From Rhodoferax sp. (GTDB lineage: Bacteria > Pseudomonadota > Gammaproteobacteria > Burkholderiales > Burkholderiaceae_C): a stretch of 64,000 bases of DNA. This document shows, piece after piece, positions 29,732 to 39,325 of this stretch; position 1 is the stretch's first letter; each line of letters begins with the position of its first letter. The notes beneath the pieces are model-generated. The model was not told where the DNA came from. It worked only from the letters and a program-made list of their open reading frames with translations, and made no database searches. Where the stretch lies: the NCBI RefSeq assembly GCF_023700745.1, contig NZ_JAMPYG010000004.1:1629-65628 (forward strand), given 5' to 3'. The translations under genes and the position numbers were made by a program.

Positions 29732-29767
29732 AAAACCCTAAGTTATTCAACGGCTTAGGGTTTTTTT
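29732..29767. terminator. rho-independent terminator after the tRNA (bidirectional; the stop codon of the convergent mocA-like gene lies in its loop)
   Basis: AAAACCCTAAG (29732-29742) pairs with CTTAGGGTTTT (29754-29764). T-run to 29767. Confidence 0.65.
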
Positions 29768-30385
29768 GCGTCTATCGGCTGCTATCGACGGGAATTGACT
29801 GCCAAGGCAATCCGGGGGCAAGGCATATCCATCAACAAAACACTGCCCGTAGACACCCATATTGTGCAAAAGACGCTCTGCGACTCGCAGATCATCAATG
29901 GTATCAATGTCAGTCACGCAACCGACATCCTCCACAACCAATTCCATAGCAGCATAAGCTTGAGCGACAAGAGCCGCGCCCCTATCTCCCTTCAGGTTCA
30001 GCAGGGACCGGCGACAAACAGCGGAAAAACCCACCGGGTGGCCGCGCCGCCCCCGGTACACCGGCACCACCACGTCTTGCCCCGTTAACGCAGTCGCGAC
30101 CGCGACCAGGCTGCCGCTTTGAATGAGCGGCAAATCCGCCGGCAGGATCAGCCAGCCAGCCGCTTGCGATGTTTTATGTACCGCCGCGGCGATGGAGTCG
30201 CCCATGCCGGGATGTGCGCTTTCTTCAAGATGCCACGGCAACCCACTGCCCCGCACGGCGTCCAGCGTGTGCTGCAGAACGGTTTTCCCCATTAACCGCA
30301 CCTGCAATTTATGGGTGGTTCCGCCAGATGCAGCAAAACGTTCCCCACGCCCTGAGGCCAGAATAACGACGGTGGGCAAACTCAA
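29747..30385 (-). CDS. MobA/MocA-like nucleotidyltransferase (molybdenum cofactor cytidylyltransferase-like)
   Basis: VVILASGRGERF N-terminal NTP-transferase motif and LILPADLPLI. TTG start at 30385 overlaps the xdhC stop (TTGA). Confidence 0.75.
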   Translation of the reverse strand: MSLPTVVILASGRGERFAASGGTTHKLQVRLMGKTVLQHTLDAVRGSGLPWHLEESAHPGMGDSIAAAVHKTSQAAGWLILPADLPLIQSGSLVAVATALTGQDVVVPVYRGRRGHPVGFSAVCRRSLLNLKGDRGAALVAQAYAAMELVVEDVGCVTDIDTIDDLRVAERLLHNMGVYGQCFVDGYALPPDCLGSQFPSIAADRRKKTLSR

Positions 30386-31398
30386 GTCAGCACCCCGCTG
30401 TCCGGACGGGCTGTCACCGTGACAGAGGCAGCCGCATTTTTCGTCTGCACAATCTCGGCCACGATGGAGACCGCAATCTCGGCTGGCGTTTTTGCGCCCA
30501 GCGCCAGCCCCACCGGACCATGCAGGCGGCCCAGCGCCTCGGCGCTCACATCGAAGTGTTCAGCCAATCGCAGCTTGCGGGTTGCCTGGTTGCGCCGCGA
30601 GCCCAAGGCGCCGACATAAAAGGCATTGGACTGCAGCGCTTCGAGCAATGCCATGTCGTCGAGTTTGGGGTCATGCGTCAGGGCCACGATGGCCGTGTGG
30701 GCATCCGGTACCAGTTCGCGAACAGCATCATCGGGCATGCCGTCAATACGCCGCACCCCTGGCATGCCCGCCATCAAGACAGCGGCATATTCCTCGCGCG
30801 GGTCGCATACCAGCACGTCAAAATCAAGCATGATGGCCATCTGCGCCACCGCCTGCGACAACTGGCCGGCGCCAATCAGCAGCAGGCGCCACTTCGGGCC
30901 AAACACGGTGGTCAGCGTGCTGCCATCAAACTGCATGGCATGGCCACGCAGCGCAGGGGTGAGCTGTACCGCGCCGGTCGCCAAGGTCAGCGTGCGTGCC
31001 ACCAACTGGTGGGCTGCCGTGCTGGCCAGCAATTGTTCGACCCAGGCGGTGTCCAGCAGAGGCTCCTGCACCAGTCGCAAGCTGCCGCCGCAGGGCAAGC
31101 CAAAGCGGGCAGCTTCGTCCTGGCTGACACCATAGGCCATCATGGCGGGCTTCTCCAGCCCGAAAGCTCCGCCATCGACTTGCCTGAAACGAGCCTTGGT
31201 GCGGGCAATCAAATCATCTTCAACACAACCACCGGACACCGAGCCACTGACCACGCCGTCGTCGCGCACGGCCAACATGGAACCTGCTGGCCGTGGCGCG
31301 CTGCCCCAGGTCTGCACAACTGTCACCAGTGTGACGGCATGACTGGCACGGCGCCACGCCAGGGCATCTGCCAGCACTCTGAGATCAAGGCTTTCCAT
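30382..31398 (-). CDS. XdhC/CoxI family molybdenum-hydroxylase accessory protein
   Basis: N-terminal XdhC_CoxI region (ATVVQTWGSAPRPAGSMLAV..GSVSGGCVE) and C-terminal Rossmann part (LLLIGAGQLSQAVA..ALTHDPKLD). Confidence 0.8.
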   Translation of the reverse strand: MESLDLRVLADALAWRRASHAVTLVTVVQTWGSAPRPAGSMLAVRDDGVVSGSVSGGCVEDDLIARTKARFRQVDGGAFGLEKPAMMAYGVSQDEAARFGLPCGGSLRLVQEPLLDTAWVEQLLASTAAHQLVARTLTLATGAVQLTPALRGHAMQFDGSTLTTVFGPKWRLLLIGAGQLSQAVAQMAIMLDFDVLVCDPREEYAAVLMAGMPGVRRIDGMPDDAVRELVPDAHTAIVALTHDPKLDDMALLEALQSNAFYVGALGSRRNQATRKLRLAEHFDVSAEALGRLHGPVGLALGAKTPAEIAVSIVAEIVQTKNAAASVTVTARPDSGVLT

Positions 31399-31443
31399 CC
31401 ATCCCCCTCAACATTTTCAAATCAGGCTGCCATTGGCGTCTGG

Positions 31444-32637
31444 TCACACGTCCTGCGCCAGCCATGCTTCTGCCAATCGAACCCAGTAGGTACCGCCCAG
31501 CGGTATCAAAGCATCATTGAAGTCATAACTCGGGTTGTGCAGCATGCAGGGACCGCCGCCATGGCCGATCTCACGGTGGCTGCCTTCGCCGTTGCCGATG
31601 AAGCAATAGGCCCCCGGTTTGGCCTGCAGCATGAAAGCAAAATCTTCAGCGCCCATGGTCGGCTCCTGCACCAGCACATTGGCCTCGCCCACAATGTCGA
31701 TCATCACCTGACGGGCCAGGGCGGCGTCACGGGCCGAGTTGATGGTCGAGGGATACTTGCGCACGAATTCAAATTCGCAGCTGGCCCCAAATGCCGCGCA
31801 GGTGTGTTCGGCCACCTCCTGCATGCGCCGTTCAATCAAATCGAGGACTTCCGGTGTGAAGGTGCGCACCGTGCCCTGCAGTTCGCAGCTGTCCGGGATC
31901 ACGTTTTTGGCTTGGCCGGCATGGATCATGGTGACCGAGATGACACCGGCGTCAATCGGCTTCTTGTTGCGGCTGATGATGGTCTGGAAGGCCTGCACCA
32001 TCTGGCAGGCGACGGGCACCGGATCGAGCCCGTTGTGTGGCAAGGCCGCATGCCCGCCCTTGCCACGGATGGTGATCTTGAACTCGCTACTGGATGCCAT
32101 CACCGGTCCCGGGCTGGCGGCAAAGCTGCCAACCGGCATACCCGGCCAGTTGTGCATGGCAAACACCGCCTGCATCGGAAACTTCTCGAACAGGCCGTCG
32201 CGCACCATCTCGCGCGCTCCGCCGCCACTTTCTTCGGCCGGCTGAAAAACAAGGTACACCGTGCCATCGAAATTGCGGTGCTGCGCCAGGTACTGGGCCG
32301 CTGCCAGCAGCATCGCGACATGACCGTCATGGCCGCAGGCGTGCATTTTTCCGTCATGCTGGCTGGCATGCGCAAAGGTATTGGACTCCTGCATGGGCAG
32401 CGCGTCCATGTCGGCGCGCAAGCCGATGACCCGCTGCGAGCTGCCGTTTTTGACCATGCCGACCACACCGGTTCCGCCCAGGCCGCGATGCACCTGGATG
32501 CCCCACTCGGTCAACTTCCGGGCCACCAGATCGGCGGTACGAATTTCCTCAAAACCCAACTCGGGATGGGAGTGGATCTCGCGCCGGGCCACGGCAAGGG
32601 TCGCCGCCTGGGCAGCGATGAATTCAATGACTTTCAT
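31444..32637 (-). CDS. M20D family amidohydrolase (hippurate hydrolase / N-acyl-L-amino acid amidohydrolase type)
   Basis: RREIHSHPELGFEE, LRADMDALP, HACGHDGH and the FQPAEE metal-site pattern. 397 aa. Confidence 0.85.
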   Translation of the reverse strand: MKVIEFIAAQAATLAVARREIHSHPELGFEEIRTADLVARKLTEWGIQVHRGLGGTGVVGMVKNGSSQRVIGLRADMDALPMQESNTFAHASQHDGKMHACGHDGHVAMLLAAAQYLAQHRNFDGTVYLVFQPAEESGGGAREMVRDGLFEKFPMQAVFAMHNWPGMPVGSFAASPGPVMASSSEFKITIRGKGGHAALPHNGLDPVPVACQMVQAFQTIISRNKKPIDAGVISVTMIHAGQAKNVIPDSCELQGTVRTFTPEVLDLIERRMQEVAEHTCAAFGASCEFEFVRKYPSTINSARDAALARQVMIDIVGEANVLVQEPTMGAEDFAFMLQAKPGAYCFIGNGEGSHREIGHGGGPCMLHNPSYDFNDALIPLGGTYWVRLAEAWLAQDV

Positions 32638-32649
32638 GTCGATTCCTGT

Positions 32650-34026
32650 TCAGCATTCAACAATATTGACCGCCAGCCCGCCGCGTGCGGTTTCCTTGTA
32701 TTTGGTTTTCATGTCCGCACCAGTCTCGCGCATGGTTTTGATCACCTTGTCCAGGCTCACCACGTGCTGGCCGTCGCCCTGCAGCGCCATGCGTGCCGCA
32801 TTGAGTGCCTTGACCGCCCCCATGGCGTTGCGCTCAATACACGGCACCTGGACCAGGCCGCCGACGGGGTCACAGGTCAGCCCCAGGTTGTGCTCCATGC
32901 CAATCTCGGCGGCGTTTTCGATTTGCCCTGGGCTGCCCCCCATCACCGCCGCCAAGCCAGCCGCAGCCATGGAACAGGCCACCCCGACCTCGCCCTGGCA
33001 GCCGACTTCGGCGCCTGAAATCGAGGCATTGAGCTTGTAGAGAATACCGATGGCCGCTGCGGTCATCAGGAACTCCATAACGCCCTCGTCGGTCGCATTG
33101 GTGATGAATTTGTCGTAGTAATGCAGCACGGCCGGGATCACTCCTGCCGCACCGTTGGTCGGCGCCGTGACCACGCGTCCACCGGCGGCGTTCTCTTCGT
33201 TCACGGCGAAGGCATAGACGTTGACCCAGTCCAGCACCGACAGCGGGTCACTCAGCACCCGTTCCGCGCGGGCCCGCAGTTGTGCCGCCAGCACCGGCGC
33301 CCGGCGCTGCACCCGGAACGGGCCCGGCAGCGTGCCCTCGTGCGTCAGGCCCCGCTGCACGCACTCGCGCATGGTGCGCCAGAGCGCCAGCAACTGGCAG
33401 CGGATTTCATCATCGTTGCGCCAGGTGCGCTCGTTCGCCCACATGACCTCGCTGATCGTCAAGCCCTGGCGCTGGCACACGGCCAGCAGTTCGTCACCCG
33501 AGGTGAAAGGATAAGGCACCTGCTGGTAGGCCGTCAGCACCTGATCATTGCAGGCGCCCACCGTGACGACAAAACCGCCGCCCACGGACAGGTACTTGCT
33601 TTGACGTAGCAGGCCGCCTGCCGCATCAAAGGCGCTGAATTGCATGCCGTTGGGATGCTCGGCCAGCGCTTCGCGCCGGTACATCAGTAAGTGTTCCTTC
33701 TCGCAAAACACGATCGGCTGACGCGCCAGCAAGGCCAGCGTCTGCTGTGCACGCACGGCCTTGATGAGACCGGGTACCGCATCGACGTCAACCGACTCCG
33801 GCGTCTGGCCCATCAGGCCGAGCATGATGCCGATGTCGGAGCCGTGGCCTTTGCCGGTCGCACCCAACGAGCCATACAACTCGGCCTTGACGCTGGCGGC
33901 CTGATCGAGCAGCCCCTCTTTCTCCAGCGACAGCGCGAACATGGCGGCCGCGCGCATCGGGCCTACCGTGTGCGAGCTGCTGGGGCCGATGCCCACCTTG
34001 AACAAATCAAAGACTGATATAGCCAT
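32650..34026 (-). CDS. sdaA: L-serine ammonia-lyase (iron-sulfur dependent, single chain)
   Basis: [25 protein letters not shown]-terminus and [14 protein letters not shown]-terminal cluster region. ATG at 34026 chosen; the track start at 34110 would overlap coxG. Confidence 0.9.
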   Translation of the reverse strand: MAISVFDLFKVGIGPSSSHTVGPMRAAAMFALSLEKEGLLDQAASVKAELYGSLGATGKGHGSDIGIMLGLMGQTPESVDVDAVPGLIKAVRAQQTLALLARQPIVFCEKEHLLMYRREALAEHPNGMQFSAFDAAGGLLRQSKYLSVGGGFVVTVGACNDQVLTAYQQVPYPFTSGDELLAVCQRQGLTISEVMWANERTWRNDDEIRCQLLALWRTMRECVQRGLTHEGTLPGPFRVQRRAPVLAAQLRARAERVLSDPLSVLDWVNVYAFAVNEENAAGGRVVTAPTNGAAGVIPAVLHYYDKFITNATDEGVMEFLMTAAAIGILYKLNASISGAEVGCQGEVGVACSMAAAGLAAVMGGSPGQIENAAEIGMEHNLGLTCDPVGGLVQVPCIERNAMGAVKALNAARMALQGDGQHVVSLDKVIKTMRETGADMKTKYKETARGGLAVNIVEC

Positions 34027-34057
34027 GCGGTCCCAACAGGATGTGTAATACCGACGC

Positions 34058-34696
34058 TCAGGGCAAGCGTGCGAAGCAATAGCCCAGCGCAATGCCGAGA
34101 CCGCAGGCAAACACCACCAGCCAGGCCGGCACCGGCGCGCCCAGCGAGCTGAATAATCTGGCAGGAGCAGCTGCGACCGGCATTATCGCGCCGGGCACCG
34201 GCGTCGCTGGCGCGGCTGCTGGCGTTGACACCACCGCTTCTTTCACGCCCGTGCCGCCCAGCTGGCGGGCAAAGGCGGCAAAAAAGTCATCTGCATTTTT
34301 TTTCGCCACAGTCTGCACCAGACGGCTGCCAACACTGGCCAGCTTGCCACCGATTTCGGCGCTGGCCAGATACTTGAGTACGGTCTGGTTCTGATCTTCG
34401 CTCAACGCGACCTTCGCCGCCATCTTGGCAAAACCGGCCGCGCCACCCTGCCCCTGCCCCGTCAGGGTGTAGCCATTGGGCGCATCGAGGTCGCTGAGCA
34501 CCACATTGCCTTTGAAAGTCGCCGAAATCGGGCCCACGGTGGCCACCACGGTGGCAAACATTTCGGTATCCGACAATTTCTCAAGTTGCTTGCAACCAAC
34601 GATACACGCTTGAAGCACCGCGGGATCATTGAGCGCGTCCCAGACCTGTTGCTGCCGGGCAGGGATGCGGTATTCCCCGGAGAATTCCATCGCCAT
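34058..34696 (-). CDS. CoxG-like SRPBCC protein with C-terminal membrane anchor
   Basis: N-terminal CoxG pattern of about 145 aa ([42 protein letters not shown]), a Pro/Ala linker, and a terminal hydrophobic helix ([17 protein letters not shown]). Confidence 0.7.
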   Translation of the reverse strand: MAMEFSGEYRIPARQQQVWDALNDPAVLQACIVGCKQLEKLSDTEMFATVVATVGPISATFKGNVVLSDLDAPNGYTLTGQGQGGAAGFAKMAAKVALSEDQNQTVLKYLASAEIGGKLASVGSRLVQTVAKKNADDFFAAFARQLGGTGVKEAVVSTPAAAPATPVPGAIMPVAAAPARLFSSLGAPVPAWLVVFACGLGIALGYCFARLP

Positions 34697-34699
34697 GTT

Positions 34700-35578
34700 T
34701 TATGCCTCGTAGTGTTTGAACAGCGCCTGGGTACCGAGCCGGCCGTGGCCTTGCTGCGCCAGTTCCTCATACAGCCGGCGTGCCAATGCCAGCGCCGGCA
34801 GGTCCAGCTGCATGCGCTGGGCTTCAGCCAGGGCAATGCCCAGATCCTTGATGAAGTGTTCAATGTAGAAACCCGGGGCGAAGTCACCATTGATGATTTT
34901 CTGCCCCATCACGGTCAGTTGGAACCCCGACGCGGCGCCACCGCCAATGGATTTGAGCACGGTCGGCAGGTCCAGCCCGGCAGCCTTGCCGTAGGCCAGC
35001 CCTTCGCACACGCCCATGATGGTGGCAGCAATCACAATCTGGTTGCACATCTTGGTATGCTGTCCAGCACCAGGGCCGCCCTGCAGCACAATGTTGGGGC
35101 CCAGCAATTGCAGTATCGGCAGGGCGGCATCGAACGCCGCCTGCGCACCGCCCACCATGATGGCGAGTTTGGCGTCGCGTGCACCAATGTCGCCACCGGA
35201 AACCGGCGCGTCCAGCGCGCTGCAGCCCTGCTCGGCAGCCGCCTTGGCAATACGTTGCGCCAGCTCGGGGCTGGAGGTTGTCATGTCGATCAGCAAGGCC
35301 CCGCGCGCCCGCGCCACAATGCCGTTGTCGCCGAGATAGACCTGCTCCACGTCATGCGGATAACCGACGATGGTGATGATCACGTCGGCGTTGGCTGCCA
35401 GCTCGCCCGGGCTGTCGCACCAGACAGCACCACGCGCCAGCAAGGTCTCTGCCTTGTCGCGTGACCGGTTGTAGACACGCAGCGGATAACCCGCCTGCAG
35501 GATGTGCCCGGCCATGCTCTGGCCCATATTGCCCAATCCGATAAAGCCCACGCGGGGTTTGTTTTTGCTATCAGTCAT
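34700..35578 (-). CDS. NAD(P)-dependent oxidoreductase, 3-hydroxyisobutyrate dehydrogenase (HIBADH) family
   Basis: VGFIGLGNMGQSMA Rossmann motif, DAPVSGG, and the catalytic-lysine context GAGQHTKMCNQ. Confidence 0.85.
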   Translation of the reverse strand: MTDSKNKPRVGFIGLGNMGQSMAGHILQAGYPLRVYNRSRDKAETLLARGAVWCDSPGELAANADVIITIVGYPHDVEQVYLGDNGIVARARGALLIDMTTSSPELAQRIAKAAAEQGCSALDAPVSGGDIGARDAKLAIMVGGAQAAFDAALPILQLLGPNIVLQGGPGAGQHTKMCNQIVIAATIMGVCEGLAYGKAAGLDLPTVLKSIGGGAASGFQLTVMGQKIINGDFAPGFYIEHFIKDLGIALAEAQRMQLDLPALALARRLYEELAQQGHGRLGTQALFKHYEA

Positions 35579-35581
35579 TTG

Positions 35582-37954
35582 TCATACCTTGTTGATGAAT
35601 ACGGTTTTTTCGCGCAGCAGATCGCGCAAATACATTGGGGTCAGCGGCTGCTGGTCGGCCACCACGTCGAAAGGTGCGAGCGCATCATTGACGGCGTTGG
35701 TCAGCGCCCCGATGGCGCCCATCACGCCGCCCTCGGCCATGCCCTTGATGCCCGCCGGCGTCGCCCGGTTCGGCGTGTGCATCGGAATGAGCTCGAAATG
35801 GGGCAGTTCACAGGCCGTGGCCACCAGGTAATCGGCCAGGGTCCCCGAGAGGTTCTGTCCGGCTGCGTCGTACCGCACCTGCTCGAACAATGCACCGGAC
35901 AAGCCCATGGCAATCGCCCCGTGCTGCTGCCCCTCCACCACCACCGGGCTCAGCACCGTGCCGCAATCCTCCGCCACCACATAACGGACAAAACGGATGG
36001 CCCCGGTGGCGACCTGCACCTCCAATTCGCACACATGCGTGGAATTGGAATAGGTCATGGGCGGTGGCTCATAGGTCTTGTGAAACTCCAGCCCGGGAGC
36101 CATCCCGGCGGGCAAGGCCAAGGGGTCCAGATAGGCCGTGCGCGCGACATCGGCCAAACCCACGCCGGTGGCGGTCCAGACGCCGTCGCAGATCTTCTCG
36201 ACGCAGCCATCCTGCAAGCGCAGCGCGACGCTGTCGCCCAGGTCCAGCAGCCTGGCTGCAATCGCCAGCACCTTGACCTGCGCCTCCTGGGCACACAAAT
36301 ACAGCGTGCCACCGCCAGCCGTACCGCCGCGGGCGCCCCGGCTACCCATGCCGTAGGGGGCGATGTCGGTATGGCCGATATGCAAATGCACCTGCTGCGG
36401 CAAAATACCCAGGCCTTCGGCCACGGCATGGGCCAACGAGGTTTCATAGCCCTGGCCCGTGGCGCCCAGGCCCACCGAGGCATTCACCGCGCCCGAGGGC
36501 TCAATGCGCAGCCAGGCCGCTTCATGCCCCGACCCCGCAATGCCGGCGGCTTTGTAAAAACGGGAGCCATAGGTGGTGGACTCGACCACCGTGCAAATGC
36601 CCAGACCCAGATAAACCCCTTGGGCGCGCGCCTGCTGCTGGCGCTGGCGAAAATTCTCGTAATCGATGGCGGCGAGCGCCCCTTCCAGGGTTTCGCGCGG
36701 GGTGATGTCGGCCAATACCTCGCCGGTCGCCATGGTGTACGGAAAATCCTGTGGCTGCAGCATGTTGAGCCGCCGCACGGCCACCGGATCCAGCTGAAGT
36801 TCGCGCGCAATCGCGTCCATCGTGCCGTCCATTACCCAGCTCGTGATGGCCATGGGCGCGCGCATCGGGCCATTGCCGACCTTGTTGCTCAACACCACCT
36901 TGACGTCGTAACTGTAGTCCTGCACCTTGTAGGGGCCGGTGAGGATCATGGCCACCACGCGGGCCAGATAGTTGCCCGGATAAAAACTGTAGGCGCCAAA
37001 GTCCTCCACGATCTCCAGCTCCAGGCCGAGCAGGCGGCCGTCGGCGCTGACCGCGGCACGGGTCCGGCAGAAGTCTTCTCGCGCCTGTGAAGAGGCCAAC
37101 AGGTTCTCCAGCCGGTCCTCGCGCCAGCGCACCGGCCGCTTCAGCTGACGCGCCAGCGCAGCCACCGTCAACTCTTCACGGTACAGAGCGATTTTCTGGC
37201 CGAAGCCGCCTCCCACATCCGGCGAAATGACACTGACTTGGGATTCCGACAGGCGCAATCGGCTGGCCAAGGTGGTACGGTAAGGATGCGGTACCTGGGT
37301 TCCGACGTGGAAGGTCAGATGCTGGCGCCCGTCATCCCACACCGCGATGCAGCCGCGCGTCTCAATCGGCAAATGGGTCTGCCGGTGCTGGGAAAAAGTG
37401 CTCTCGATCACCCGGTAGGCCTCGCGCTTGCGCGCTGCGACATCACCGTGGTCCGCATGCTGATGCGACAACAGGTTGGAGCTCAGACTGTCATCCACCC
37501 GGGGAGCCTCCGGCGTCAGCGCCTGCCACATGGTGCTGACCGCAGGCAGCACGTCGTAATTCACCAGCACCTGCTCGGCAGCGTCTTCTGCCAGATAACG
37601 GTCGGTCGCCAGCACGCAGACCACCGGATCGCCCTGAAAGCGCACTTTGTCGATGGGCAGGGTGTCCATCTCCATCGGCTGCAGCCCCGCGATGGGCGGC
37701 GCCATGCGCTGACGCGTGGTCCACTGCGCCAGATCTTGCCCCGTGAACACCGCCACCACACCGGGCATCTCACGCGCCGGGCTGGCGTTGATGGCAACGA
37801 TGCGGGCATGGGCATGGGGTGAACGCACAAAGCAGGCATGCAGGGCGCCCGGTATGTCGATGTCGTCCACGAAGCGGCCCTGCCCGGTCAGCAGCCGGTA
37901 GTCTTCCTTGCGCGGAAGGTGCTGGCCGATGTGACGAAATTCAGGCTGCGACAT
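35582..37954 (-). CDS. xanthine dehydrogenase-family molybdopterin-binding large subunit (CoxL-like, not a CO dehydrogenase)
   Basis: RKEDYRLLTGQGRFVDD N-terminus, VGGGFGQK, and C-terminal GIKGMAEGG. ATG at 37954 is preceded by GAAGGA; the track ATG at 37963 lies inside that SD. Confidence 0.85.
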   Translation of the reverse strand: MSQPEFRHIGQHLPRKEDYRLLTGQGRFVDDIDIPGALHACFVRSPHAHARIVAINASPAREMPGVVAVFTGQDLAQWTTRQRMAPPIAGLQPMEMDTLPIDKVRFQGDPVVCVLATDRYLAEDAAEQVLVNYDVLPAVSTMWQALTPEAPRVDDSLSSNLLSHQHADHGDVAARKREAYRVIESTFSQHRQTHLPIETRGCIAVWDDGRQHLTFHVGTQVPHPYRTTLASRLRLSESQVSVISPDVGGGFGQKIALYREELTVAALARQLKRPVRWREDRLENLLASSQAREDFCRTRAAVSADGRLLGLELEIVEDFGAYSFYPGNYLARVVAMILTGPYKVQDYSYDVKVVLSNKVGNGPMRAPMAITSWVMDGTMDAIARELQLDPVAVRRLNMLQPQDFPYTMATGEVLADITPRETLEGALAAIDYENFRQRQQQARAQGVYLGLGICTVVESTTYGSRFYKAAGIAGSGHEAAWLRIEPSGAVNASVGLGATGQGYETSLAHAVAEGLGILPQQVHLHIGHTDIAPYGMGSRGARGGTAGGGTLYLCAQEAQVKVLAIAARLLDLGDSVALRLQDGCVEKICDGVWTATGVGLADVARTAYLDPLALPAGMAPGLEFHKTYEPPPMTYSNSTHVCELEVQVATGAIRFVRYVVAEDCGTVLSPVVVEGQQHGAIAMGLSGALFEQVRYDAAGQNLSGTLADYLVATACELPHFELIPMHTPNRATPAGIKGMAEGGVMGAIGALTNAVNDALAPFDVVADQQPLTPMYLRDLLREKTVFINKV

Positions 37955-38453
37955 GGTCCGCATTCCTTCTCATCTGGGCCGCCGCCATCTGGATGGCCTT
38001 CACAATATTCTGGTAGCCGGTACAGCGGCACAGGTTGCCCGACAGCACATCACGAATCTCTTCTTCGCTTGGTACCGGATTGATTTTGAGAAAGGCCTCG
38101 AAGGTCATCACGATGCCGGGCGTGCAAAAGCCGCACTGCAAGCCATGGACCTCGTGCAGCGCCTGCTGCAACGGTGACAAGGCGCCGTTGACGGCCACCG
38201 ACTCGATCGTCGACACCTCATGCCCCTCCATCTGGATGGCGTAGGTCAGACAAGAGCGCACCGGCTTGCCATCCACCAGCACGGTGCAGGCGCCACACAC
38301 ACCATGCTCGCAGCCGACATGGGTGCCGGTCAAACGGCAGTCCTCGCGCAGTGCATCTGCCAACAGCTTGCGGGGTTCAACCCACAGTTCGTGGTTTTCA
38401 CCATTCACCGTCAGCGTGATCGCTCGTTTCTCCACATGACTCATTTGATTCAT
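37941..38453 (-). CDS. (2Fe-2S)-binding small subunit (CoxS-like)
   Basis: GCEHGVCGACTV plant-type cluster and CGFCTPG..NLCRCTGY second cluster. ATGA overlap with the FAD subunit. Confidence 0.9.
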   Translation of the reverse strand: MNQMSHVEKRAITLTVNGENHELWVEPRKLLADALREDCRLTGTHVGCEHGVCGACTVLVDGKPVRSCLTYAIQMEGHEVSTIESVAVNGALSPLQQALHEVHGLQCGFCTPGIVMTFEAFLKINPVPSEEEIRDVLSGNLCRCTGYQNIVKAIQMAAAQMRRNADHVAA

Positions 38454-39316
38454 CCTTTGGCGCGACCCAAGGCGCGCTCCAATGCCTGTTGCACCAGCTT
38501 TTCGGTCAATTCCTTGCGGTACACCGCCGTGACGCCCGCGTCGTCTTCGGGCGCCACGGCGGCACGCACCACGCGCGCCACGTCCGCCGCCCAGGCCGCA
38601 TTGGCAAGCTGACCGAGCAACGGGCGCACCGTGTCATCGCACGACCGCGGGATGGCACTCACGCCGCTCAGGCCCAGGCGCACGCGCACGACGCGCTCGT
38701 CCTGCAGTGCCACCGTGGCGGCCACCGCGACGATCGCGTAGTCACCATGACGGCGATTGAACAACTCGAAAGACGTCCCCTCATTCCCGCTGAGCGTCGG
38801 AAAGTGCACGCAACGGATGATTTCATCCGGCGCCAGCGCCGTCGTCATGGCGGACTGGAAAAAGGCCTGGGTCGGCACACGGCGCGACCCGCCCTGGCGT
38901 GCGATCTCGATTTCCGCGCCCAGCGTCATCGCAATCAGGGGAAACTGCGCGGCCGGGTCGGCATGCGCCAGACTCCCGCCGAGGGTGCCGCGCTGGCGAA
39001 TCGCATAGTGACCAATGGTTTTTGCCGCTTGCCCGAGCAAGGGGCAGCGGGATTGCACCAGCGCGGAGCCGGCAATCTGCTCATGTCGGGTCAGCGCGCC
39101 AATACTCAGAAAAGCGCCACCTTCGCGGATGTAGGCGAGCTCCGTCAAGTCATTCAGGTCAATGAGCGCCGACGGCATCGCCAGCCGCATGTTCAACATG
39201 GGCCCCAGGCTCTGGCCACCGGCAATCACCTTGGCATGGTCACCGCCAGCCGCCAGTTGTTGCAGCGCTTCTTCGAGCGAGCTGGGGCGCAGGTAGTCAA
39301 ATGCAGCGGGTTTCAC
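38450..39316 (-). CDS. FAD-binding medium subunit (CoxM-like)
   Basis: KPAAFDYLRPSSLEEAL N-terminus and VIAGGQSLGPMLNMRL FAD motif. GTG start at 39316. Confidence 0.85.
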   Translation of the reverse strand: MKPAAFDYLRPSSLEEALQQLAAGGDHAKVIAGGQSLGPMLNMRLAMPSALIDLNDLTELAYIREGGAFLSIGALTRHEQIAGSALVQSRCPLLGQAAKTIGHYAIRQRGTLGGSLAHADPAAQFPLIAMTLGAEIEIARQGGSRRVPTQAFFQSAMTTALAPDEIIRCVHFPTLSGNEGTSFELFNRRHGDYAIVAVAATVALQDERVVRVRLGLSGVSAIPRSCDDTVRPLLGQLANAAWAADVARVVRAAVAPEDDAGVTAVYRKELTEKLVQQALERALGRAKG

Positions 39317-39325
39317 AAACGCGTC

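Noticed and set aside
30520-33018. 832-aa plus-strand ORF, the longest of many long ORFs running antisense to recognised genes. Others: 400-1545, 10596-11738, 16129-17394, 20953-22152, 26941-28011, 35504-37090, 47505-49004, 56360-57742, 58589-59809, 60472-61512.
   Set aside because: Each lies opposite a gene with unmistakable family motifs: xdhC/M20D/sdaA, pirin, pyrC', hemL, ychF, M61, coxL, miaB, era, lepB and lepA. Their translations are Arg/Ala/Gly/His-rich low-complexity sequence with no recognisable domains. The 832-aa ORF even spans three separate genes. This is the stop-codon-poor antisense frame typical of GC-rich DNA.
35582-39316. Annotating the CoxMSL-like genes as aerobic carbon monoxide dehydrogenase.
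   Set aside because: The large subunit lacks both the form I (VAYRCSFR) and form II (AYRGAGR) active-site loops. The CODH accessory genes coxD/E/F are absent. The operon context of importer, amidohydrolase and serine dehydratase points to an organic substrate.
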